A stretch of DNA of 64,000 bases from the NCBI GenBank assembly GCA_049840815.1, contig JASGJI010000019.1:401407-465406 (forward strand). The letters are read 5' to 3'. The first letter of the stretch is position 1. Each line of letters begins with the position of its first letter. The translations under genes and the position numbers were made by a program. The DNA is from Thermomicrobiales bacterium. Its GTDB lineage: Bacteria > Chloroflexota > Chloroflexia > Thermomicrobiales > UBA6265. The notes beneath the pieces are model-generated. The model saw nothing but the letters and a program-made list of their open reading frames with translations, made no database searches and was not told where the DNA came from. Positions 1 through 7,402 of the stretch are shown piece by piece.

Positions 1-297
1 GACGTTCTGGGCGGCCGCCGTGCCGCTGGCGTAGGAGAGCGCCCAGTTCGCCTCTTCCAGCGAGGCGAGCAGGTCTTCCAGCGCCGTGCGGGTGGGGTTG
101 CCCGTCCGCCCGTATTCGTACCCCTTGAACTGGCCGAGCGCATCGTGACGATACGTGCTGGCCATGTTGATCGGGATGACGACGGAGCCGGTGGTGGCAT
201 CCGGGTCCTGACCACTTCGGATTGCCCGGGTCTCGAAGTGACGGTCGCTCCAGTCGGTGGGCTGGGGACGTTGATTCGGCTTGGACGGGTCGAACAT
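1..297 (-). CDS. Cys/Met-metabolism PLP-dependent enzyme (cystathionine gamma-lyase/synthase family), first 99 codons; gene runs off the window start
   Basis: Own translation of the minus strand from ATG at 297 (GGAG about 12 nt upstream): MFDPSKPNQRPQPTDWSDRHFETRAIRSGQDPDATTGSVVIPINMASTYRHDALGQFKGYEYGRTGNPTRTALEDLLASLEEANWALSYASGTAAAQNV. The TRAI.SGQ, YEYGR.GNPTR and ASG.AA motifs are typical of this family. It is absent from the ORF track because it is open at the window edge. Confidence 0.75.
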   Translation of the reverse strand, partial: MFDPSKPNQRPQPTDWSDRHFETRAIRSGQDPDATTGSVVIPINMASTYRHDALGQFKGYEYGRTGNPTRTALEDLLASLEEANWALSYASGTAAAQNV

Positions 298-668
298 GAG
301 AAACGATCACTCCTGCGAAGCGCGGCGAGGGGGTGGCGCATGAGGTTCCGGGTCCGGGCCGGAACGACGTGCGACGTCCATGCTGTTGTACCAAGTTCCA
401 CGAATATGGGCAATTCCGACCCGAAACTCACGCACCTGATCATCTTGAACGACGGTCAGGCCCTCCATGCAAAGCCCATCGACCGAAGGTCGACGTGCGG
501 AGCGGACATCCCACCGAATGACCTGTCTACACCACCCTTGGTGGCGAGGATTCGTGCAAGAGAGCACCAATTTCCGGCTTCGCCGGAAGCGCTTCGCGCG
601 GGGGTGTTTCGCTGCGCTCAACATGACATGGATTGTTGAGTTCGTCCGAAGTTGGGTCCCACCGGGAC

Positions 669-2141
669 TCAGCGGGCCTGTCGTTGCCGCGCGACGTAGT
701 CCAGCAGATCGGCGCGGGTGATGACGCCGATCAGGATGCCGTCGCGCTGAACAGTTACCGCGGGAATGGTCGCAGCCAGCATCGGGATCACGGCTTCGAC
801 CTCTTCGCTCGCGTCTACCAGGGCGAACGGCTCGTCCATCACGCTGCGAACGGTCGCGTTCAACACCTCCGGGTCGCGGAAGATGTGATCGAGCAGCGTC
901 CGCTCCTGCAATGAACCGATGATGCCCTCAACATGAACCGCCTCGCCGGGTTGCGGTCCGAGGCAGTCGCGCGTGCGGTCGTCACCGGCCTCGCGGACGA
1001 CGGGGAGCTGGCTGACCTCATACTCCCGAAGGAGTTCGATCGCCTCGCGCACTGTCTGGTCGCAGCCGACCGCGACCACGCGGGGGACGCCGCCGGTACG
1101 CGCCTCGACGAGGCCTCCCATCAGCATGGTGGCCGCGAAGCGGTGGAGATAGCCGTTCTCCCGCATCCAGTCATCGTTGTAGATCTTGGAGAGGTAGCCG
1201 CGTCCGCTGTCTGGCAGGATGACGACGATACGCGCGTCCGGATCGTCCAGCTCCTGCGCGAGCGCGACGGCGGCGTGTGCGGCCATGCCGGACGAACCGC
1301 CGGCGAGGATGCCCTCCTCGCGGGTCAGGCGGCGGGCCATCTGGAACGAATCGCCATCGGCGACGCGCATCCAGCGATCGATCAGCGTGCGTTCGAGCGT
1401 GCCTGGCCAGAACTCCTCGCCGGCACCTTCGACCTGGTAGTGATGCGTCTCGCCGTCGCCTGCGGTGTAGATCGAGCCGTCCGGATCGGCGCCGACGATC
1501 TGAACGGCGGGGTTGCGCTCCTTCAGGAAGCGCCCGACGCCGGTGATGGTGCCGCCGGTGCCGACGCCAGCGACCATGTGCGTCACGCGACCCTCCGTCT
1601 GCTCCCAGATCTCGGGGCCGGTGGTGTCGAAGTGCGCGCGGTAGTTCTGGGGATTGAAGAACTGGTTGGGCTGGAAGGCGTTCGGGATCTCCCGCGTCAG
1701 GCGGTCGGCGACGGCGTAGTAGCTCTGGGGGGAGTCGCGGTCCGCCGACGACGGAGTGGTGACGACTTCCGCGCCATATGCCCGGAGCAGCGCGATCTTT
1801 TCGCTGGAGACCTTGTCCGGCAGCACGAAGACGGTGCGATAGCCCTTCACCGCCGCCGCCATCGCGAGGGCCACACCGGTATTGCCGGTCGTCGGCTCGA
1901 CGATGGTGCCACCGGGTCGCAGCCAGCCGCGCCGCTCGGCCTCCTCCAGCATGCGGAGCCCGATGCGGTCCTTGACCGATCCGCCCGGATTCAGCATTTC
2001 GAGCTTGGCCCAGACCGGCGTCTGCGTGCCCTTCGCGACCCGGCGCAGGCGAACGAGCGGGGTGTTGCCGATGGCATCCAGGATGGTGTCGTGGACGTGG
2101 GTCGCAGACGGGGATGCGGCGAGCGGGCCGGGCTGACTCAT
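669..2141 (-). CDS. cystathionine beta-synthase-type PLP enzyme with C-terminal CBS-domain pair
   Basis: ORF 669..2729 trimmed to ATG 2141 (MSQPGPLAAS...). It has LEMLNPGGSVKDRIG, TTGNTGVALA and GVGTGGTITG beta-replacement motifs, then two CBS repeats (VREAIELLREYEVSQLPVV, GVITRADLLDYV). The upstream part of the long ORF looks like non-coding noise. Confidence 0.9.
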   Translation of the reverse strand: MSQPGPLAASPSATHVHDTILDAIGNTPLVRLRRVAKGTQTPVWAKLEMLNPGGSVKDRIGLRMLEEAERRGWLRPGGTIVEPTTGNTGVALAMAAAVKGYRTVFVLPDKVSSEKIALLRAYGAEVVTTPSSADRDSPQSYYAVADRLTREIPNAFQPNQFFNPQNYRAHFDTTGPEIWEQTEGRVTHMVAGVGTGGTITGVGRFLKERNPAVQIVGADPDGSIYTAGDGETHHYQVEGAGEEFWPGTLERTLIDRWMRVADGDSFQMARRLTREEGILAGGSSGMAAHAAVALAQELDDPDARIVVILPDSGRGYLSKIYNDDWMRENGYLHRFAATMLMGGLVEARTGGVPRVVAVGCDQTVREAIELLREYEVSQLPVVREAGDDRTRDCLGPQPGEAVHVEGIIGSLQERTLLDHIFRDPEVLNATVRSVMDEPFALVDASEEVEAVIPMLAATIPAVTVQRDGILIGVITRADLLDYVARQRQAR

Positions 2142-2234
2142 GGCGGCGTCCTTGTGCGTGGCTCGGGGGTGGCGGGCGGAGGCGTTCGGGGCCGGATCGC
2201 CGCGCGGTTTCAGTATGCTTCCCATTCTACAGGA

Positions 2235-2735
2235 ATGGCACGTACCATCCGGAGGAACATCATGCAGGACTGGCGAAACGACAGGCTCGGGGCTGCGGAG
2301 CGCGGAGAGAACCCGATGATTCTTGTCCGCATGCCGAGTGGTTTTGCCTTCATCGGGGATACACAGTTCCTGCCGGGGTACTGTGTCCTCGCCGCCGTTC
2401 CGGAATGCAATCATCTGACCGATCTGGCACCGGATGGCCGAGCGCGGTTCCTGCTCGACATGGCGCTGATCGGCGAGGCGATCATGGAGGTCTGCGCGGA
2501 CAACGATCTGCTGCGAATCAACTACGAGATCCAGGGGAATACCCTGCCAATGCTGCATGCGCACATCTGGCCTCGCTACACCTGGGAACCGGACGAACGG
2601 CGTCCCCTTCCCGTCGGACGCTACCCGCTCGATCGCTGGAGCGACCCTGCGTACGCCTACGACGAGGCGACCCACGGCCCGCTGCGACAAGCATTGACCG
2701 TCGCGATCACCCGTCGGATGCGCGAGCAAGGGTGA
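2235..2735 (+). CDS. HIT-like nucleotide hydrolase/transferase family protein
   Basis: C-terminal 166 codons of ORF 933..2735, starting at ATG 2235 (MARTIRRNIMQDW...). It contains a ...GNTLPMLHAHIWPRY histidine-triad-like motif and is divergent from the CBS gene. The N-terminal 430 codons of the ORF are antisense to the CBS gene. Confidence 0.65.
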   Translation: MARTIRRNIMQDWRNDRLGAAERGENPMILVRMPSGFAFIGDTQFLPGYCVLAAVPECNHLTDLAPDGRARFLLDMALIGEAIMEVCADNDLLRINYEIQGNTLPMLHAHIWPRYTWEPDERRPLPVGRYPLDRWSDPAYAYDEATHGPLRQALTVAITRRMREQG

Positions 2736-2753
2736 TCGGCCATCAACCCTTCC

Positions 2754-3623
2754 CTACGAGACGTTGAGCAGGTCGGCGCGGAGGCGTTCGCGAATCTCCC
2801 CCCAGCGGCGGCTGAGCGTGCGGCGGCTGCATCCCAGCCGGGCGGCGACGGTCAGCAGTGATGCCCCCTCCCCGATGTGCCAACGGATGATGTCGGCGTA
2901 GGGCGGCCCGAAGGAGTCGGCGAGCGCGTCCAGCAGCATCCGGGATTCGAGCGCGGCGGCGGAATCATCGGCGAGCCATTCCCGCCCTTCGATCGTGACA
3001 GGCACCGATCCCGGTGGCACGGATGGGCGGGCGACACCGCGGTAGACGAGGTCGCGCAGTCGCCACGGAAAATGGGCGAGGAGATAGGGGCCAAACGGGA
3101 TGGGATCTTCCCAGGTCGCCAGGACATCGAGGAAGGCGAGATACGCCTCCTGCACGACATCGTCGCGGTCCCAGCGATCGACTGCTCCGGCGGGCGCCCA
3201 TGGGACGCGGATGCCTCGGGCGAAGCGCATCAGCTTCGGCTCGAACGCGGCATAGAGGGCATCCCGCGCGATGCGGTCGCCTGTGGCGGCGCGGGCCACG
3301 ATGGGGGCGATGGCGCGTTCCCAGGCAGGGGTGAGTTCGTCGTTGACGCCGATGACGGGGAGCAACACGCGGCCGGGGTGGGGCGTCGGGGCGAACGGCG
3401 CGAGAGGGTTCCGGAAGCCCGGCTCAGGAGCCGTGTCATGCAGGGGCACAGGCGCGGGCATGCTGGACGCCTCCGTGGCGCGCGTGAGGTTGCGGGCGCG
3501 GAGGGCGCGTCCGAGCCGGGAGTGTCCCGCGCGCTCAAGCCGGGACACGGTCGCACCGGTTTGCCGGGACGTGGCCGGGGTGAGCGCGACGGTGAAGAGG
3601 GGAGTCGTGGTGGTGGTTCGCAT
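2754..3623 (-). CDS. sigma-70-like (ECF-like region 2 / region 4 HTH) transcription factor
   Basis: ORF 2754..4544 trimmed to ATG 3623, with GGAGG 7 nt upstream. VVQEAYLAFLDVLATW resembles sigma region 2. The C-terminal LTVAARLGCSRRTLSRRWGEIRERL is a region-4-type HTH. Confidence 0.6.
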   Translation of the reverse strand: MRTTTTTPLFTVALTPATSRQTGATVSRLERAGHSRLGRALRARNLTRATEASSMPAPVPLHDTAPEPGFRNPLAPFAPTPHPGRVLLPVIGVNDELTPAWERAIAPIVARAATGDRIARDALYAAFEPKLMRFARGIRVPWAPAGAVDRWDRDDVVQEAYLAFLDVLATWEDPIPFGPYLLAHFPWRLRDLVYRGVARPSVPPGSVPVTIEGREWLADDSAAALESRMLLDALADSFGPPYADIIRWHIGEGASLLTVAARLGCSRRTLSRRWGEIRERLRADLLNVS

Positions 3624-3861
3624 GATCGGCCTCCGCCGGGATCGACGCCTTCCGCTCCCCGGTGACGCGAGGTCGCGATCCACCGGGGGAGGGCATGACG
3701 CACGGGATGAACGGGAAGGCTCTTCGGAGCTCTGGGGATGCGCACAGTCCGGGGATTCCGGTCTGCGCTGGACGAGATCGATGCCGAGGGCGGGCTCGGC
3801 CACCGCCGACCCCGCGTCGGTCCGGACGCCATACCGCGTCAAGTCAGGCGAGATGAACCAC

Positions 3862-4341
3862 TCAGGACGACCGGCGCATGGGAGTCGGCTCCTCGCCGGA
3901 CTCCAGGGCGCGGTGCAGGTGACGCAGGTCGAGGACGTGTTCGGCGGCGCAGCGCGGGCAGATCGCCTCCACCATGCCGAAGCCGTGCAGGTGCCAGTAG
4001 CGGTCGCGGACCTTGATGTTGATTCGCGCGTTCGGACCGTAGGTGGCGAGCAGGACGGGCGGGTTCTGGCAGGGGCAGACCCAACGGTAGACGGCGGGGG
4101 TGGAGCGAATGGTCCGGTCGGCGGATCGCGGGACACGCTCGATATTCCTTGTCGCCTCCGTTGTGGTCTCCCCGGTCGGCGCTTCGGCGCTCGGGTCGAT
4201 GATTTCCAGGTACGCAGCTGCAGTGGTCGGATGCGTGCTGCCATCGTCGGGTCGCCGGTGGGATCGTCGATGGGAGGAGGGTGTCGGTCGTTCGGCCGCC
4301 GGGACGACTGGATTCTGGTCCTCGCGAGCCTTGTCAGCCAT
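3862..4341 (-). CDS. hypothetical protein with Com-like CxC...CPRC zinc ribbon
   Basis: ORF 3862..4341. The C-terminal half, VCPCQNPPVLLATYGPNARINIKV...EAICPRCAAEHVLDL, has the four-Cys ribbon pattern of phage Mu Com-type regulators. The N-terminal half is low complexity. Confidence 0.5.
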   Translation of the reverse strand: MADKAREDQNPVVPAAERPTPSSHRRSHRRPDDGSTHPTTAAAYLEIIDPSAEAPTGETTTEATRNIERVPRSADRTIRSTPAVYRWVCPCQNPPVLLATYGPNARINIKVRDRYWHLHGFGMVEAICPRCAAEHVLDLRHLHRALESGEEPTPMRRSS

Positions 4342-4537
4342 GAGATGGGTTCCCTTTCAAGTGACGAATCCAGACGGCGTGGGCGCGGAGGCCGACGTTC
4401 CGGGCCGTGGGCAACGGGGCACCGATCCCCCGGGTTGGTCCGGGGGTGTCGCGTTGCCGGTGGCCGGGATCGCCGGTGGTGCGACGGGGTGCCGAGGTCC
4501 ATACCACACCCTGTCGTCCGGTCGTTGCCGCCGAAAC

Positions 4538-4551
4538 AGAACATTTGTTCT
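4538..4551. promoter_or_regulatory. LexA (SOS) box-like palindrome AGAACATTTGTTCT
   Basis: Perfect GAAC-N4-GTTC core in the divergent intergenic region between the zinc-ribbon/sigma-like pair (minus) and the PQQ-propeller gene (plus). Confidence 0.35.
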
Positions 4552-4767
4552 ATTTCGTTCGTATTCTAGGGATGCCGGGGGCCGGTGTCAACCGGTTCCG
4601 GTGTGTCACGGGGTACTGAACGCGATGGCGTGTGGGGATTCCCAGCCGGTCGGTTCGCGGCGTATACTCCCGGCAGGACATCCTTACGAGAAGACACGGC
4701 GTGACGTCACGGACATGGCAGATGGGACAGCCCTTCCACGACGCGAGCCGCTACAGGAGCGCTTGCC

Positions 4768-6336
4768 ATGACATCCTCACGCTTCGGACGCATCGACCGC
4801 CGCCGCCTTGTCGCCTCCTCCGTGGTCGGGGGCGCGGCCATCCTCGCGACCGGCCAGCCGTCGCTTGCCGGTACGAGGGCCGACACACCGATATTGGTGT
4901 CGGCGCAGGATGGCTCCTCGGATGTGCCGATGTTCCGAGGGAATGCCGCGCGTACGGGCGTGATGCCGGGGCCAGGTCCGGACGCATCAAAGGGAATTGA
5001 GCCCATCTGGAAGTTTAGTGTGGCCCCATACATTTCCTCCTCTCCGGCGGTGACCAATGGTGTGGTTTACTTAGGATTCAACAGAGTTAATCAATCAACA
5101 AACTTGCCCAGCGAAGCCACATTGTTTGCTTTGAATGCTAATGACGGAAGCGAAAGGTGGCGTTTTGTGATCGGAGACACCGAGCTATATGCGTCCCCAG
5201 CCGTTATCGATGGGGTGGCATACTTGGGCGCTGGCAACGGAGTTCTGTACGCAATTGACACCGCGAACGGAGTAGAGCGTTGGAGGTTCACAACCGGGAA
5301 GCAGTTTCTGACTTCACCGGCGGTCTCGGACGGAATGGTCTTTGTAGGAAGTATGCAGAAGACTCTCTATGCGATCGATTCCAGCAGTGGCGGTGAGTTG
5401 TGGAGCTTTCATGCGGACGGATTCGTCAACGCAGCAGCGGTAGCTAACGGCACTGTATATTTCCTGGCGGGGCGGTCAGCAGATCTGCGCAACACTGGAA
5501 ACGACCTTATAGCAGTCGACGCCAAGAGCGGTCTGGAGAAGTGGCGTTTTGCTATGGGAGGCTTTCCTGGGGGAAGTAGTTATCCTTTCGTCGCTCCCTC
5601 GCCGGCGGTTGCTGATGGAATGGTCTATATTCTCGGCCCCCAGCCATACGGGAACCTCTATGCTATTAACGCAGATGATGGTACAGAGTTTTGGCGCTTT
5701 AGCGTTGATGGAGATTCTTCGCCTGTCGTCTCAGATGGAGTAGTCTATGTGGGAAGTTCTAGTCGAACGATCTATGCCCTCAATGCAGCAGATGGTACCG
5801 AACGATGGAGTCTTGAACTGGATGGATCCTTCTATTCGTCGCCGTCTGTTTCAGGCGGTTATCTGTACGCCAGCTATAAGTCTGGAAGTATCAGAGACGA
5901 AATACCAACTGCCGTGAATGTCATTGCATTGGACAAAGAGACAGGAATTGAGGAGTGGAAATTTACTGACGATCGGACTTCAAGTGATATTCACTCGTCG
6001 CCGGTAATCTCTAGCGGGACGATTTATGTTAGTGGTGGATCAAAAGACGGCATAGGGTACTTGTATGCACTGGGAGCGCGAGTTTCACGACTTAGCATCG
6101 GTGGCACCGCACGGGTGACGGAGAAGGCTTCCCTTCGCGGCGGCCCGGCACCAACAGCGGTTGAACGAAAAGAACTGAAGAAGGACACGACCGTAACGAT
6201 CACGGGCGAATCGGTCAGGACGAACGATGTCGTCTGGTGGCCGGTGACGGTGGACGAGACCGGCGATCAGGGGTGGGTCGAGGCGTCGAAGTTGGAGCCG
6301 CTGACCAGCGGGCCGGAGCCGACGGCCACCGCGTAG
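4768..6336 (+). CDS. secreted PQQ-like beta-propeller repeat protein with C-terminal SH3b domain
   Basis: ORF 4768..6336. It has a Tat-type signal (SRFGRIDRRRLVASSVVGGAAILATG). It has repeated A.dG...W.f....i.SSPAV.dG.VY.G units, and a C-terminal SH3b (VVWWPVTVDETGDQGWVEASKL). Confidence 0.85.
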   Translation: MTSSRFGRIDRRRLVASSVVGGAAILATGQPSLAGTRADTPILVSAQDGSSDVPMFRGNAARTGVMPGPGPDASKGIEPIWKFSVAPYISSSPAVTNGVVYLGFNRVNQSTNLPSEATLFALNANDGSERWRFVIGDTELYASPAVIDGVAYLGAGNGVLYAIDTANGVERWRFTTGKQFLTSPAVSDGMVFVGSMQKTLYAIDSSSGGELWSFHADGFVNAAAVANGTVYFLAGRSADLRNTGNDLIAVDAKSGLEKWRFAMGGFPGGSSYPFVAPSPAVADGMVYILGPQPYGNLYAINADDGTEFWRFSVDGDSSPVVSDGVVYVGSSSRTIYALNAADGTERWSLELDGSFYSSPSVSGGYLYASYKSGSIRDEIPTAVNVIALDKETGIEEWKFTDDRTSSDIHSSPVISSGTIYVSGGSKDGIGYLYALGARVSRLSIGGTARVTEKASLRGGPAPTAVERKELKKDTTVTITGESVRTNDVVWWPVTVDETGDQGWVEASKLEPLTSGPEPTATA

Positions 6337-6360
6337 GCTTGCGGGAGCATACCCATCCTC

Positions 6361-6385
6361 GGACCGACACGGGGTCGGTCCCTAC
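6361..6385. repeat. palindromic repeat unit GGACCGACACGGGGTCGGTCCCTAC
   Basis: An 8-bp stem (GGACCGAC/GTCGGTCC) followed by CCCTAC. Closely related units occur at 31641-31666 and 49758-49787. Confidence 0.6.
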
Positions 6386-6452
6386 GGAAGGACGTAATCC
6401 CCGTGTTGGCCCGGTTACGCAACGCCCAAGAACACCGAGGAGACGACTGCCG

Positions 6453-6863
6453 ATGAACGGAAACGACGTCCGGGTAGGTGCCTGCGTCTACGCCGCCGAC
6501 ATGGACATCATGGTCCCCTTCTACCGGGACATCCTGGGACTCAGGACCGATTGGGACGGCGGCGATTTCGCCGAGTTCGAGACGGCCAGCGGTGCCCTCG
6601 CCCTGTTCATGTACAGCCGGAAGCGGTTCGCCGAGGCGATCGGCGAGGCTTACATCCCGCCGCAGGGCATCAACCAGACGTTCGAGATCGCCCTCTGGCT
6701 GCCCAGCTTCGCCGATGTGGATGCGGAATACGCGCGGCTCTCGACGCTGGATGTCCGGTTCCCGACCGGCGAACCCATCACCTACCCGTTCGGCATCCGT
6801 AACTTCTACGTCGCCGATCCCGAGGGCAACCTGCTCGAAATCGGCAGCACCCGCGAGACGTAA
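6453..6863 (+). CDS. VOC/glyoxalase-bleomycin-resistance family protein
   Basis: ORF 6237..6863 trimmed to ATG 6453 (GAGGAG upstream): MNGNDVRVGACVYAADMDIMVPFYRDILGL...FYVADPEGNLLEIG. Confidence 0.8.
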   Translation: MNGNDVRVGACVYAADMDIMVPFYRDILGLRTDWDGGDFAEFETASGALALFMYSRKRFAEAIGEAYIPPQGINQTFEIALWLPSFADVDAEYARLSTLDVRFPTGEPITYPFGIRNFYVADPEGNLLEIGSTRET

Positions 6864-7252
6864 TCCGGCACCAGATTGATCGCGTCCAGCGCCTCCCGCG
6901 TCACCGGGATGCGCACCACCTCGTACGTCCCACGCGCCGGGTCGGGATCGTCCAGTTCCGGGCCGTGACGGAGCGAGCGGTCCATCGAGACCAACGTCGC
7001 GGCGAACAGGTGCGTCGTCACGCCGTCATCCGTCCATGTCGCGACGACCTCCCCGAGCGTCGCTTCCGCACCCAGCTCCTCGCGCAGTTCGCGACGGAGC
7101 GCGTCCTCCAGCGAGGCGTCGTCGGACTCCAGGCCGCCGCCGGGCGTCACCCAGTACGGCGCGCGTCCGGGGCGTTCCCGACGGATGAGGACGAGGCAGC
7201 CGTCCGCATCGCGGAGCAGCGCCCGCACTGAGACGTTTGTTCGCGTTCCCAT
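6806..7252 (-). CDS. NUDIX hydrolase
   Basis: ORF 6806..7273 trimmed to ATG 7252 (GGAGGGG upstream). It has the Nudix box GGGLESDDASLEDALRRELREELG. Its 3' end overlaps the convergent VOC gene by 58 nt. Confidence 0.85.
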   Translation of the reverse strand: MGTRTNVSVRALLRDADGCLVLIRRERPGRAPYWVTPGGGLESDDASLEDALRRELREELGAEATLGEVVATWTDDGVTTHLFAATLVSMDRSLRHGPELDDPDPARGTYEVVRIPVTREALDAINLVPDYVSRVLPISSRLPSGSAT

Positions 7253-7402
7253 CAATCCCCTCCGCCTGTCCACCCGGCCCCGACCGTCCGGGCATGCGCA
7301 ACGGCGGCCAGTATCGCAGGCCGCCGTTGTGACGTGTCGGTCCGGAGGACGGACGACGCATCGCGATCGACGCGCCGTCCGTGGCTCTCGTTCGAAGCTC
7401 CG

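Noticed and set aside
298-668. Possible SAM/S-box riboswitch in the 370-nt leader of the cystathionine gamma-lyase gene
   Set aside because: I could not find the conserved SAM-I (or SAM-IV) core elements on the minus strand. Only a small 7-bp hairpin (572-588) after the CBS gene is visible. An Infernal scan would settle it.
145-721. Several 60-165-aa ORFs at the window start (145..639, 307..624, 333..521, 467..721)
   Set aside because: They overlap each other, span the gamma-lyase start and the intergenic leader, and have no RBS and a noise-like composition.
933-2234. N-terminal 430 codons of the 600-aa plus-strand ORF 933..2735
   Set aside because: It is exactly antisense to the well-supported CBS gene and has an R/G/A/D-rich composition typical of shadow ORFs in high-GC DNA. 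Only the last 166 codons (HIT-like) look genuine.
3624-4544. Upstream extension of the sigma-like ORF (596-aa version)
   Set aside because: The sequence is P/R/S/T-rich noise and overlaps the better zinc-ribbon ORF in another frame. A GGAGG-ATG start at 3623 fits better.
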